Source of the DNA: Candidatus Falkowbacteria bacterium RIFOXYA2_FULL_47_19
GTDB lineage: Bacteria; Patescibacteriota; Patescibacteriia; Patescibacteriales; UBA12075
Assembly: GCA_001780275.1 (NCBI GenBank)
Contig: MFGB01000007.1
Location: 2,280 to 66,279, forward strand
Direction: 5' to 3'
DNA: 64,000 nucleotides
This document shows positions 19,809 to 29,776 of this stretch, in pieces. The notes under the pieces are model-generated. The model worked only from the letters and a program-made list of their open reading frames with translations. It had not been told where the DNA came from and searched no databases. The stretch's first letter is position 1. Every line of letters starts with the position of its first letter. A program made the translations under genes and the position numbers.

Positions 19809-21053
19809 ATGTTAAAAAAATCAGAATACTCATTATTGGCCCTATCCTTGTTTATTGCGGTATTTATCTTTGTTTTTTACCAAATAGGTCTGGATCCGCT
19901 TTTGAAAGAAAAATCGGCCAAAGGATCGGAGATCGGCGGCAGGATCAGGGAAGTGTCAACGCACAGATCAGAAAATGAATTAATAAGATCCGTCCGGATA
20001 GATCTCTCCAGTGTGGATATACCGTCTGATTTTAACCAATACGCTGCGGATATCATGGCTCGCCTGGTGGAATCCGGTGCCAATGCGGTTTATATTTCCC
20101 CCTGGAGCGACGGCCGCGCCAACTACGAAAGCCTTCGGGCGCCATTAAACGATTTCGGAAAAAACGGGTTCCTGGAAAATTTCATCAAAGAGGCCAGAGT
20201 CCGCAATATTAAAACTTACGCCTGGTTCGTGGCGGGTAAAGACAATTTCCCCTTTTTCTCGAATCCGGAATGGTTTGCGAAAACTTTAGACGGCAAGGAT
20301 TATTACCAGGCCGACGAACCCGGAGTGGAACTGCCGTTCGCTTCACTGGATAATCGCGATTATCTCAGATATCATCTGGAACTGATAAACGAGGTTAACG
20401 ATCTGCCGATCGACGGCTGGGTAATTTCGGAACCGGTGATCGGCTGGGGGGACGCATATGATTCTTTCTATACGGATTTTTCTCTGGCGACAATCGCGCG
20501 TTTTAAAAGTAAAACCGGAATAGATCCTAAAATTTTATTCGACGAAAATTCCGACCTTTATTACGAAAATAACCCCTCTCTTTACGCGGAATGGATAAAT
20601 TTAAGGGCGGGCATTGTAACCGATTTTGTTGCCGCTTCCATAGAAGAGATACGGAAAAAACCGAATCGTACCGTTATTGTAACTCTATTTACCGAACCGG
20701 ACCGGAACGGGCGCCTGACCGCTTTATCCGGCATAAGGGAATGGTTAGGGACCGATGTGCCGGCCATAGCCGCGCTCAAACCTGATTATTTTGAACTGCA
20801 GGCTTTATTCGCTGATTTTGAATACCCTCAAAATCCGGTCTGGGCGGCCGAAATGGTCAAACAATTCCGCGCCCAACTACCTTACGGACCCCCCTTGCTC
20901 GTTAGTGTGCAGGGCTTCGGCGTTGCCCCGGATGATTTTGCCGCCGCTATAAGTTCGGCCATGAAAACGGACGTTAAGGGGGTATCGTTTTATGCTTACC
21001 ACACTTTAAGTGAAGCGCATTGGATGGCGTTGGGGAGTATCTGGGGAGAATAA
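19809..21053 (+). CDS. membrane-anchored glycoside hydrolase-like protein (GHL10/PgaB-like TIM barrel)
   Basis: N-terminal TM; GANAVY, G.ANY.S, FIKEA..RNIKTYAWF, NPEW, IDG motifs. Confidence 0.65.
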   Translation: MLKKSEYSLLALSLFIAVFIFVFYQIGLDPLLKEKSAKGSEIGGRIREVSTHRSENELIRSVRIDLSSVDIPSDFNQYAADIMARLVESGANAVYISPWSDGRANYESLRAPLNDFGKNGFLENFIKEARVRNIKTYAWFVAGKDNFPFFSNPEWFAKTLDGKDYYQADEPGVELPFASLDNRDYLRYHLELINEVNDLPIDGWVISEPVIGWGDAYDSFYTDFSLATIARFKSKTGIDPKILFDENSDLYYENNPSLYAEWINLRAGIVTDFVAASIEEIRKKPNRTVIVTLFTEPDRNGRLTALSGIREWLGTDVPAIAALKPDYFELQALFADFEYPQNPVWAAEMVKQFRAQLPYGPPLLVSVQGFGVAPDDFAAAISSAMKTDVKGVSFYAYHTLSEAHWMALGSIWGE

Positions 21054-21098
21054 ATCCGGGAAACTGCGAATAAATTAAAAATTTATTTTCATTAAAAT

Positions 21099-21130
21099 AA
21101 AAATCCCTGAATTTCAGGGATTATTTTTTT
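21099..21130. terminator. bidirectional terminator
   Basis: AAAAATCCCTGA-ATT-TCAGGGATTATTTTTTT between convergent genes. Confidence 0.7.
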
Positions 21131-21193
21131 ATCTACAAAGATCAATGTCGCGTTTATTTTTTTCCGGCAAGCATGTTCGACAGGATTATTTAT

Positions 21194-22069
21194 TTACATC
21201 GCGATCGCGCTGTCCGATGCGGTCCGCGTGATCGGCACTATTTGCGGCGAAAAACGCCTTATTTGCGCCAGCGAAGCTTCCTTTGTGCGGTAATTCATGA
21301 ATCCGTTCGCCTTAAGGATTATTTCCTTGGGTACGCGCAGGCTTTCAAGAACCGAAAGCAGAGCCGCGTAAGCGATCTGCAGGCGGTCGCTCTTCTCGGA
21401 AAGTTTTTCCGTCGAATATTTATTTTTGAGCTTCCGGGAGATGTTTCCCCCGTAAAGAGCCGGATGAGGTATTTCAAGGATGCGCGCCTCCGGTTTCGCG
21501 TCCCAAACGCGCAGGAGGATCTCCATCGGTATGCCGTAACCAGATACCACCATATTACCGGCCATTTTTTCCACGTATTCGTATTTTAGCCCCATGCAGC
21601 CGCTGCGGACGTCTGTCAACCGCCAGCCGGTTATCTTCCGGAGTATTTCCGTAAATATCATATTCAGGAGAATCCGGTCGATCGGCGTATCGCTCTGATC
21701 CGAGAGGGGGTGAAAGCGGGAACAGATCACAATGTCATAACCGCCGCAAAGCCCGTCGATTATTTCTCCAAAAAAATCAAGATTATGCTGGCCGTCGCCG
21801 TCCAGCTTAACGATATGATCGTAACCGCCCCGACGCGCGATGTACTCAAATCCTTTGCGGGTCGCGGCGCCTACGCCGCCATTCTTATCCATAAGGACAA
21901 CGTGGGGAGTGAATTGGCGGGCGATCTTAACGCTTTTATCCGTGGATTTGTCGTCTACGACTATTATATCCGCGTTAAGGCCGACAGTCCTTTCGATAAT
22001 ACCCCCTAAAACACGCGCCAAGGTTTCGGCTTCATTGTAAACGGGGATGAACACGGCGATTTTTTGCAT
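21194..22069 (-). CDS. GT2 glycosyltransferase (DPM synthase-like)
   Basis: Start MQKIAVFIPVYNE behind SD AGGAGG; VDDKSTD, NGGVG, DGDGQH, LTDVRSG. Confidence 0.88.
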   Translation of the reverse strand: MQKIAVFIPVYNEAETLARVLGGIIERTVGLNADIIVVDDKSTDKSVKIARQFTPHVVLMDKNGGVGAATRKGFEYIARRGGYDHIVKLDGDGQHNLDFFGEIIDGLCGGYDIVICSRFHPLSDQSDTPIDRILLNMIFTEILRKITGWRLTDVRSGCMGLKYEYVEKMAGNMVVSGYGIPMEILLRVWDAKPEARILEIPHPALYGGNISRKLKNKYSTEKLSEKSDRLQIAYAALLSVLESLRVPKEIILKANGFMNYRTKEASLAQIRRFSPQIVPITRTASDSAIAM

Positions 22070-22414
22070 GATTACCTCCTGTTGTAAATATGTGGCCGCG
22101 ATAAAAAGAACTATTAGCTCCGTATCATCATATTTATAAAAATTATATTTCATTATTATTAATATATGATTATAAATTATTAAAAATTAAGTTATAATTA
22201 TTACCTCCCAAGCTCGATTTACTCATCACAAGAGGGGGCCTAAAAACGATTTTTGCGGAAAAACATAGAGCCTGCGCCATCTTGCGTTGTCACAGTTTTT
22301 TTGCTATTATACTAATATAAGAACATGCCCTGTTTTACGGGGATGTTTTTGAATTTTTTATTAAACATTAAATAAAAAAAATCCATAGTTATTAACAGGA
22401 ATTTTCATAAAAAT

Positions 22415-24520
22415 ATGTCCAAAACTAAAACCAAAGAAGAGGCAAAAATAAGCCCAAAAAAGACTTCTGACAAAACTGCGCCGAAAGAGAAAAAATCGTC
22501 TTACGGAGCGGACGATATCACGGTTTTAGAGGGCCTGGAACCCGTCCGGAAACGTCCCGGCATGTATATCGGTTCCACTTCCTCGACCGGTCTGCACCAC
22601 TTAATATGGGAGATAGTCGATAACGGCATCGACGAGGCCATGGCCGGCTTTGCCACGGAAATAACCGTTACCCTTCTGGATGACGGCATGGTCCAGGTAA
22701 TCGATAACGGCCGCGGCATACCGGTCGGGATCCACAAAGTAACCGGCGTTTCGGCTCTGGAAACTGTCATGACAAAACTTCATGCCGGCGGCAAATTCGG
22801 CGACGGCGGCGGCTATAAGGTTTCCGGCGGCTTGCACGGTGTCGGGGCTTCGGTCGTCAACGCCCTAAGTGAATACCTGAAAGCCGAAGTGCACCAGAAC
22901 GGCAAGATCTGGGCCCAGGAATATAAATGCGGAAAGCCTCTCAAAAAAGTCAGGCCCGTGGGCGAGACCAAAAAGAACGGCACGGTCATTACCTTCAAGC
23001 CGGACAGGACTATTTTTACTGAAACGGAATTCAACTGGGGCAAGATCCTGGACCACCTGCGACAGCAGGCATATCTGACCAAAGGGCTCATAATAAAGAT
23101 CGCCGATCGCCGCAAAGGTCATCGCTCCAAGGATTATCAATTCCATTTCGAGGGCGGGATAAAATCATACATAAAAACCCTGCACCGCAATAAGACCGTA
23201 AAAAACGAAACCGTTTTTTACGTTGATAAGGAAGTAAACGATTCCCGGGTCGAAGTGGCGCTCCAGTATAACGACGAGTATAATGAGATCGTTATGGCTT
23301 TTGCCAATAATATCTATAACATGGAAGGCGGGATGCATACCGTCGGTTTCCGCACCGCTTTGACGCGCACCCTCAATGCTTACGCCCGCGCCCAGAATAT
23401 CCTAAAAGAAAAGAACGAAAACCTGACCGGAGAGGATGTTCGCGAGGGCTTAACCGCCATTATCAGCGTTAAACTCTGTAATCCGCAGTTCGAGGGGCAA
23501 ACAAAGGGTAAGCTCGGTAACGCCGAGATGAAAACCTACGTCGAACAGATATTCGGTGAAGCCTTCAATACTTTTCTTGAAGAACACCCGAAAGAAGCGG
23601 AGGCGATCATCGGCAAGTGCCTGCTCACCAACCAGGCCCGGCTGGCGGCCCGTACCGCCCGCGCGTCGATCCTTCGGAAAGGAGCCCTGGAGGGCATTAC
23701 CCTCCCCGGAAAATTAGCCGACTGCTCCAGCCGCAAACCGGAAGAAAGCGAAATTTTCATCGTCGAGGGCGATTCGGCCGGCGGCTCGGCCAAACAGGGC
23801 CGGGACCGCAAATTTCAGGCCATCCTTCCCCTGCGCGGAAAAATACTCAATGTGGAACGCGCCAGGCTCGACAAGATGCTTGCCAATAACGAGATAAAAA
23901 ACCTGGTCATCGCCCTGGGCACGAACATTGACGATCAATTCGATATAGATAAACTGCGCTATTACCGGGTAGTGATCATGACCGATGCGGACGTGGACGG
24001 CGCCCATATACGAACCCTGCTTTTAACCCTCTTTTTCCGCCACTTCAATCCCCTGGTAGCCGGCGGTCATCTTTACGTCGCCCAACCGCCGCTCTATCAG
24101 GTAAAAAAGGGCACGGCCGCCAAATACGCCTACACGGACGATGAGAAAAACGCCATTATCAAGGAGTTCGGCGGCAATCCCGGAGAATTCGAAGAAAACG
24201 CGCCGACGGAAGAGGATGAAACCGCCGCGGAAAACGAAGAAGAGCCGGAAGCGGACGAGGACGATGCTAAGGGTAAAAAAAACAAAACTAAAGCTCCGTC
24301 TAAAATAATCATCCAGCGCTATAAAGGTTTGGGTGAAATGAATCCGGAACAGCTTTGGGAAACGACCATGGATCCGGCAAAAAGGATCCTGGCTCAGGTA
24401 ACGATCGACGACGCGGCCAAAGCGGATGAAATGTTCGACATGCTTATGGGCGGCGACGTCGCCCCGCGCAAGAAATTCATCCAGACCCATGCCCGCAAGG
24501 TACAGAATCTTGATATATAA
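22415..24520 (+). CDS. gyrB: DNA gyrase subunit B
   Basis: [53 protein letters not shown]. Confidence 0.96.
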   Translation: MSKTKTKEEAKISPKKTSDKTAPKEKKSSYGADDITVLEGLEPVRKRPGMYIGSTSSTGLHHLIWEIVDNGIDEAMAGFATEITVTLLDDGMVQVIDNGRGIPVGIHKVTGVSALETVMTKLHAGGKFGDGGGYKVSGGLHGVGASVVNALSEYLKAEVHQNGKIWAQEYKCGKPLKKVRPVGETKKNGTVITFKPDRTIFTETEFNWGKILDHLRQQAYLTKGLIIKIADRRKGHRSKDYQFHFEGGIKSYIKTLHRNKTVKNETVFYVDKEVNDSRVEVALQYNDEYNEIVMAFANNIYNMEGGMHTVGFRTALTRTLNAYARAQNILKEKNENLTGEDVREGLTAIISVKLCNPQFEGQTKGKLGNAEMKTYVEQIFGEAFNTFLEEHPKEAEAIIGKCLLTNQARLAARTARASILRKGALEGITLPGKLADCSSRKPEESEIFIVEGDSAGGSAKQGRDRKFQAILPLRGKILNVERARLDKMLANNEIKNLVIALGTNIDDQFDIDKLRYYRVVIMTDADVDGAHIRTLLLTLFFRHFNPLVAGGHLYVAQPPLYQVKKGTAAKYAYTDDEKNAIIKEFGGNPGEFEENAPTEEDETAAENEEEPEADEDDAKGKKNKTKAPSKIIIQRYKGLGEMNPEQLWETTMDPAKRILAQVTIDDAAKADEMFDMLMGGDVAPRKKFIQTHARKVQNLDI

Positions 24521-24536
24521 TAAATTTTTTTATACC

Positions 24537-24565
24537 AAAAAACCCGCTTTTAAAAGCGGGTTTTT
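24537..24565. terminator. gyrB terminator
   Basis: AAAAAACCCGCTTT-T-AAAAGCGGGTTTTT. Confidence 0.75.
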
Positions 24566-24617
24566 GATTGCGGTAAAAATTAAAACCACCCTTATTTTTC
24601 AAGGGTGGTGTGTTGTT

Positions 24618-25766
24618 TTAAAAACCCAGCTCTTTCATATGTTGTTGTAATCTTTCTTTGTAGTGCTCAAAATAATGCATAAAAAGGGCTTCGCGCTCTT
24701 CTTCCGTGGCTTTTTCGAAGATCTTCCGCTCACGTTCCACGAGCGGAACCTGCGCACCGCCTGAAGCGGTGCGACCGCCGGCCGAAGCGATGCCGATATC
24801 GGTTTTGAGTGGATCCTCAAAAACCTTTTTGCACAACTCATTCGTGTTTATGAGATCGGCGTGCTTGCGCACCTTTGCCTGGAGCATTCTGAAGTCTTCG
24901 ATGCCTATTATCATGGCGAGCTTTACGTCGCTTCTCATGGCGATATCGACGATATGGGCCAAGAATTCTGTTTGTCCGCTGGAAACGCAACCGACTCCCA
25001 AAATAAGGATGTTTTCGTCGTGATAGATCGGCTGCGTAAAGGCTTTTCCTAAAAGCTTTAGATGGGAGACGGTCAAGTCGAACCGTTTGTTGATCTTTTC
25101 GAAAAGCGGATAATCGTAAAGCAGCCGCAATTCCTTGTGCGCTTCACGGTCAAAATCGGTGGTTTCACTTTCTATCGTCAGGTCTTTCGTGTCCGCGCTG
25201 ATCCCCAGGGCTAAGGCAGTTGCTATACGCGCGTCCGGGACAAGGGAGAATTCCCTGAACAGGTTATAGAGAATAGTAGCGGCCGCACCCACCTCTTTTT
25301 TAATGATCAGGCAATTTTTGGGTATGGTGTTCAGAGGATGGTGGTCAATAATTATATCCGGATTGCAAGCGGCTAACTCACCTTTTTTAATCAGCTCCTT
25401 AAGGTCCTCGTGTCCCAAAAAACAATTGCTGACTCCGGTATCAAAAAGAATAATCAGTCCGTAAATATCACGATTTTCAATAAAGAACTTCTTATTCCTG
25501 ATCTCAATGTTAAGCTTAGAGATCATGGTCGTGTTCATGGGATTGGAAATATTCCCCTCAGAAAAAATATCCGACTTAAAACCCCAGCCTTCTAGCAACT
25601 GGGTTAGGGCCATCGCAGAGAGAGCATCGGGATCGGCTTTGCCGTGGGTTATAATAGCTATCCTTTTATTTGAGGGGCATGACTTTATGCGAGCCTCGAA
25701 ATCCTTTTTTTCCTGTGCACTGAGCAATCCGGAGTTGATTACCCCTAATTTTTTTTTGGCATCCAT
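24618..25766 (-). CDS. DHH family phosphoesterase
   Basis: H.ADPDA, D, IIDHH, ADT, GG...GG C-terminal motif; start MDAKK behind a G-rich SD. Confidence 0.85.
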   Translation of the reverse strand: MDAKKKLGVINSGLLSAQEKKDFEARIKSCPSNKRIAIITHGKADPDALSAMALTQLLEGWGFKSDIFSEGNISNPMNTTMISKLNIEIRNKKFFIENRDIYGLIILFDTGVSNCFLGHEDLKELIKKGELAACNPDIIIDHHPLNTIPKNCLIIKKEVGAAATILYNLFREFSLVPDARIATALALGISADTKDLTIESETTDFDREAHKELRLLYDYPLFEKINKRFDLTVSHLKLLGKAFTQPIYHDENILILGVGCVSSGQTEFLAHIVDIAMRSDVKLAMIIGIEDFRMLQAKVRKHADLINTNELCKKVFEDPLKTDIGIASAGGRTASGGAQVPLVERERKIFEKATEEEREALFMHYFEHYKERLQQHMKELGF

Positions 25767-25846
25767 AATGCCCCCCCCCTTCTTATACCGCAATCATGTT
25801 TTCAATGATCAGACAATCTTATTTTGATTGTTATAATTATTATTTT

Positions 25847-25875
25847 ATTATAATTTAAAAAAAGCTTTATGTCAA
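25847..25875 (-). promoter_or_regulatory. consensus sigma70 promoter of DHH gene
   Basis: TTGACA-17 nt-TATAAT. Confidence 0.8.
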
Positions 25876-26017
25876 GGAATTCCAACAAATTTTATAAAAA
25901 AAATAGCTAATATTAAATAAATATTTATATTAATAGCCTTAATATTCGCTAAATCTTAATTAGCATTTAACCACACTATAATAGTTATATTTTATCCTTT
26001 TAGTTAAGGAGGTAAGT

Positions 26018-26440
26018 TTGTTCTTTATAAATTGGAGGAGATTGTTTGTATCAATAACAATTAAAAAACAGGATGATCTTATGGAAACCGCCTGCCGGAT
26101 GAGAGAGCGCGAGGGGGCCGATATCGGCCATGAACTTTGCCGAAAACTTGAACAAGCGGAAGGCAACGCGGCGGAGGCGTCGCTTTCCTTAATAACATCC
26201 GAAGGATATGTTTATAATGATTTGAAAATCATCCCCTCTTTGAGCATAATTCAGAGGAACGAAAGAAAGGAGCCGAAAAAAATCGTTATTTTTGCGATCT
26301 CGTCAGACAGCGGTTTTCTTTATTTTATCTGGGCGGCCCCCGGCGAAAAACCGGAATATCGCGGTCCGGCCGATATCCATAAGGCCGGCAATCACATTAA
26401 ATTCATACAAATAAAAAAAATCCGATCGCAAGTAAATTAG
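26018..26440 (+). CDS. hypothetical protein
   Basis: TTG start behind AAGGAGGT; terminator hairpin GGGCAGAAC-like stem at about 26465-26491 follows. Confidence 0.55.
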   Translation: MFFINWRRLFVSITIKKQDDLMETACRMREREGADIGHELCRKLEQAEGNAAEASLSLITSEGYVYNDLKIIPSLSIIQRNERKEPKKIVIFAISSDSGFLYFIWAAPGEKPEYRGPADIHKAGNHIKFIQIKKIRSQVN

Positions 26441-26500
26441 GCGCGCGTACACAATTCTCCTCCCGGGCAGACAAAAGTCTGCCCTTTTTTTATTTGCGGC

Positions 26501-26529
26501 GTAGAGACGTGGCAATGCCACGTCTCTAC
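26501..26529. repeat. GTAG-type REP-like palindrome
   Basis: GTAGAGACGTGGCAATGCCACGTCTCTAC; same GTAGAGACG...CGTCTCTAC arms at 54780 and 60517. Confidence 0.8.
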
Positions 26530-26562
26530 ATTAAACTTTCACGTCTTTACCGCTAACCAATA

Positions 26563-26696
26563 CCCCTCCCCGCCCCTCCCCTAATTAGGGGAGGGTGGCG
26601 ATCCCGACGCCTCGGGAGAGCCGGGAGGGGTGTGGCACGAGTCCGCGAATCTCTCCCTTGCCAAGAGGAGATGCCCGAAGGGCAGAGGGGTGAGGG
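26563..26696. repeat. C-rich/G-rich palindromic repeat cluster
   Basis: CCCCTCCCC...GGGGAGGG and CTCTCCCTTG...GAGGGG hairpins; related elements at 51487 and 52035. Confidence 0.65.
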
Positions 26697-26746
26697 CGGT
26701 GCAAACAAATAAAAACCCGGAACGTGACGTTCCGGGGGTCTGTATT

Positions 26747-28234
26747 TTAAAATAATTTGTACGGACGGCCGTTTTCGGCGATAACGATCTCGCCGGGCAG
26801 ATCCGTATTTTCTTTTTTGAATTGCTCCAGGCGCCTGGGGGCGCCATGGACCATTAGTGTGGTTTTGGGATGGAAGTCCTTGATAGTCTGCGCAATCTCG
26901 GCACTGGTAGCGTGGGCGCTGAACTGGTAACTGCGAACGCCGCATTCGAATTTCGTGAATTGGCCGCGCCAATTAACTACGCGTCCGTTCTGGGCGGCGA
27001 TAGATAGATCGTCTAACGGAGTACCGGGTTCGCACCATCCCAGACGATAGATCACGGCGTTGGGGTCGTGCAAGTGTTCGCCGATATAGTTATTCGAAAG
27101 CGATCCTTCGACGCCCATGCCGGAGGACACCAGGTAGATAGCCGGTTGGCCGTTTTTAATCCGGGAACGAACCAATTGCGCCCGGTTATCCTCTTTGTCC
27201 GAAACAAAATATTTTTCAATTCCGGTCAATTTTCCGGTATGCGGTTCGTAGATGGAAAGTCCGTCCCGGACTTTTCCATCAACGTGTAGATACTCGGCCA
27301 GATCGGCTTTTTCAATTTCCAAAGCCACTTTGGCCCCGCGATCCACAAAGAATCCGCAGGCGACTACGCGCCGACCGGCGGCCATATCAGCCGCCAAATC
27401 GCTCCGAAACCGTTCGCTCACGGTTTTAAACGGCTCCAAGGGTTGGCAGGCATAGGTTGTATTGATAACCAACACGTCCACAGGACCGATTACGCCCGGG
27501 TCTAATTTTTTAACCAGCTCATAGCCGGTGGCTTCCCGGGAAAAATCCCCGGTAAAAAATATACGCTTGCCACCAACCTCAATGAGGTACCCCAGCGCGT
27601 CCATGATATGGCCGACGTTGTAAGGGGTTACCAGCGTATTGCCGATTTTAAACGGCTTTCCGGCTGTGACGGTCTCACTCAGATATTCCAGATCCCTCAG
27701 GTCCTGAAAACCGAAGGGCAGAACGCAATTTTCCCCGATAAAGCCTTCGGCCGCCAGGATTTTTTGGGCGGCACCGCTCATGATCTGGGTGCAAAGCATT
27801 TCCCAGTCAATCGGTAGATGCTCGCCGTCGGCACGCGGACCGTTCAATTTTTCAAACAATTGCCGCGGCGTAATGCCCAGCTCCTGACACCAATTCCGAA
27901 TGGTGATGTGGATGGTGTCTTCTCCATGAATCGGCGCGAATTCCCGCGCCAAAACGGATTTGTAAAATTGCCGCGGCACGATCCCGTTGCGGATCAAAGC
28001 CGCTTCGCCGCCCACGTGGTCAAGATGACCATGCGTGTTGAGCACATGTGTAGGCTCAAAGTACTCTTTCATGGCCGCGAAATCCGGAAGCCTCAGGGCC
28101 TTTTCCCGCTTCGCTTCCATGCCGCAATCAATGAGAGTGGCCAGGTTTTTGCCGCGCAGTCCCGCACAAAATGGGCCGCCGATCTCGCCGGCCCCGCCAA
28201 AAAACATGAGTTCGGTATCGTTATTCCACCACAT
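26747..28234 (-). CDS. MBL-fold beta-CASP ribonuclease-like protein
   Basis: GGAGEIG, LIDCG, THGHLDH, GHI, FTGD, FSAH, VHG motifs; SD AAGGGAG. Confidence 0.85.
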   Translation of the reverse strand: MWWNNDTELMFFGGAGEIGGPFCAGLRGKNLATLIDCGMEAKREKALRLPDFAAMKEYFEPTHVLNTHGHLDHVGGEAALIRNGIVPRQFYKSVLAREFAPIHGEDTIHITIRNWCQELGITPRQLFEKLNGPRADGEHLPIDWEMLCTQIMSGAAQKILAAEGFIGENCVLPFGFQDLRDLEYLSETVTAGKPFKIGNTLVTPYNVGHIMDALGYLIEVGGKRIFFTGDFSREATGYELVKKLDPGVIGPVDVLVINTTYACQPLEPFKTVSERFRSDLAADMAAGRRVVACGFFVDRGAKVALEIEKADLAEYLHVDGKVRDGLSIYEPHTGKLTGIEKYFVSDKEDNRAQLVRSRIKNGQPAIYLVSSGMGVEGSLSNNYIGEHLHDPNAVIYRLGWCEPGTPLDDLSIAAQNGRVVNWRGQFTKFECGVRSYQFSAHATSAEIAQTIKDFHPKTTLMVHGAPRRLEQFKKENTDLPGEIVIAENGRPYKLF

Positions 28235-28311
28235 CGTTTTTCTCCCTTCTGGTTCCGCTTCTTTCGGTGTAGCTAGGTTGTAAAGAGCGGAGGTTATTGG
28301 TTTATGTCCCC

Positions 28312-28468
28312 CAAGTCCTACGCGTTTGCCTTAAACTTTTCTCTTTTCCTGTCCGCAATATCCTTTCGGCCAATCATGGGATCCGGCTGTCGGTTATTTC
28401 TTCCCTTTCGTTTTGAATTAGGGTGGAACTAAAAAGAAATCGGTTTAAGCGCAAACGCCTGGAACTTG
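28312..28468 (-). ncRNA. candidate structured RNA/leader
   Basis: About 25-bp imperfect closing stem with a G-U pair on the minus strand enclosing a branched core; starts just after a near-consensus promoter. Confidence 0.5.
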
Positions 28469-28480
28469 AATTAATATATT

Positions 28481-28509
28481 ATCTTAGCACAAAATTTTAT
28501 TTTTGTCAA
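28481..28509 (-). promoter_or_regulatory. sigma70 promoter
   Basis: TTGACA-17 nt-TAAGAT with TG extension. Confidence 0.75.
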
Positions 28510-28645
28510 CCAGAACGTTCTCTACTGTTAATAATTATAATAATTTTTTACTAATACTAAACAAATAAAAAATAAAATTTGCCTGATTTTACTAAAAAAA
28601 TAAAAATTGGTATAATAAAAAGAGTTAACAAGCTCAAAAAAAATT

Positions 28646-29383
28646 ATGTCCGCCTATAAACTTAACGGCAATGACAAAATAATCGACAGCGATAAGCAAT
28701 ATGTCTTAAGGGTCAGGGATCTGGCCAAAGAAGACAAGCCTCGGGAAAAGCTCATCAAATACGGACCGGATATTTTGTCGGCCGCTGAACTTTTAGCTAT
28801 TATCTTAAGCACCGGCACGAAAAAAGAAGAGGTTATGACTATGGCTTCCCGGCTTTTAAAGGAATACGGAGAAAAAACGATCATAAACCAGACCAAACCC
28901 GTGGTTCTCGAAAAAGAACTCGGCATCCCGATAACCAAAGCTTGCCAGATAGTCGCCTGCTTTGCCCTGGGGCGCAGATTTTTCCGGGAAACGAACGGCG
29001 GAGCGGTTACGATCAGAACCGCCAAGCAGGCCTTTAATTATTTGAAGGATATGCGCGATCTGCCCAAGGAACAGTTGCGCGGGCTTTATCTTAATAGCCG
29101 CTACCGCCTGATCCATGACGAAGTCATATCCGTGGGGAGCCTGACCGCCAACATCGTCCATCCGCGGGAAATATTCCGGCCGGCGATAGAATATTCCGCG
29201 GCCGCGGTCATTATCGCCCATAATCACCCCTCGGGAAGCGTTACTCCCACAAAGTCGGATATTACCGCAACTGATCAGATCGCCGCGGCCGGACGAATAT
29301 TAGGAATAGATCTTTTGGACCACATCATTATCGCCAAGAATAAATTCGCGAGTATTCAGCTAAACCAAGCTCTTAACGTTTAA
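28646..29383 (+). CDS. radC: RadC family JAB-domain protein
   Basis: PREKL..G...LS..ELLAI, VHPREIF, AHNHPSG...P...D, LLDHII. Confidence 0.93.
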   Translation: MSAYKLNGNDKIIDSDKQYVLRVRDLAKEDKPREKLIKYGPDILSAAELLAIILSTGTKKEEVMTMASRLLKEYGEKTIINQTKPVVLEKELGIPITKACQIVACFALGRRFFRETNGGAVTIRTAKQAFNYLKDMRDLPKEQLRGLYLNSRYRLIHDEVISVGSLTANIVHPREIFRPAIEYSAAAVIIAHNHPSGSVTPTKSDITATDQIAAAGRILGIDLLDHIIIAKNKFASIQLNQALNV

Positions 29384-29405
29384 TTAACAACTTAACGCGA
29401 AAATT

Positions 29406-29720
29406 ATGGATCGCGGCAAACAAACAGGGTATTACTCGATCACCGAGAATAGCCTCACGACCGTCTCTGATAAATCCAGCTGCGGCTTTCAGCTGCTTTT
29501 TCTGCGCGACCTTGAAGAAGACGGGCCCGACAAGAAAACGGACAGACTCAAGCGGGTGGATTTTCACGTCCGTTCCGACGATTATTTCGGTACCGCGGCC
29601 ACCGTGCTCGATTATATCGCTCAGGAAAGCGCCATGGAACCGGGCTACCGTTTAGTTCTCAAAAATATCAAAAACGACATGCTTTATCTCCAGGATAATT
29701 ACAGGATCGTGAAAAAATAA
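29406..29720 (+). CDS. hypothetical protein
   Basis: 104-aa ORF co-oriented with radC; DYFGT.AT and L.YLQ.NY.I motifs; terminator at 29728-29765. Confidence 0.7.
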   Translation: MDRGKQTGYYSITENSLTTVSDKSSCGFQLLFLRDLEEDGPDKKTDRLKRVDFHVRSDDYFGTAATVLDYIAQESAMEPGYRLVLKNIKNDMLYLQDNYRIVKK

Positions 29721-29776
29721 TTTATCACAAAAAAAACCAAGCTCCCGCGAAGAGTTTGGTTTTTTGTTCTCCCGGA

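Noticed and set aside
24170..24300. Acidic low-complexity insertion in GyrB as an intein or mobile insert
   Set aside because: Short, with no intein motifs; it sits at the known variable insertion point of the TOPRIM region
28513..28520. GAACGTTC upstream of radC as an SOS box
   Set aside because: No spacer between the half sites, and it does not match the direct repeat seen at lexA
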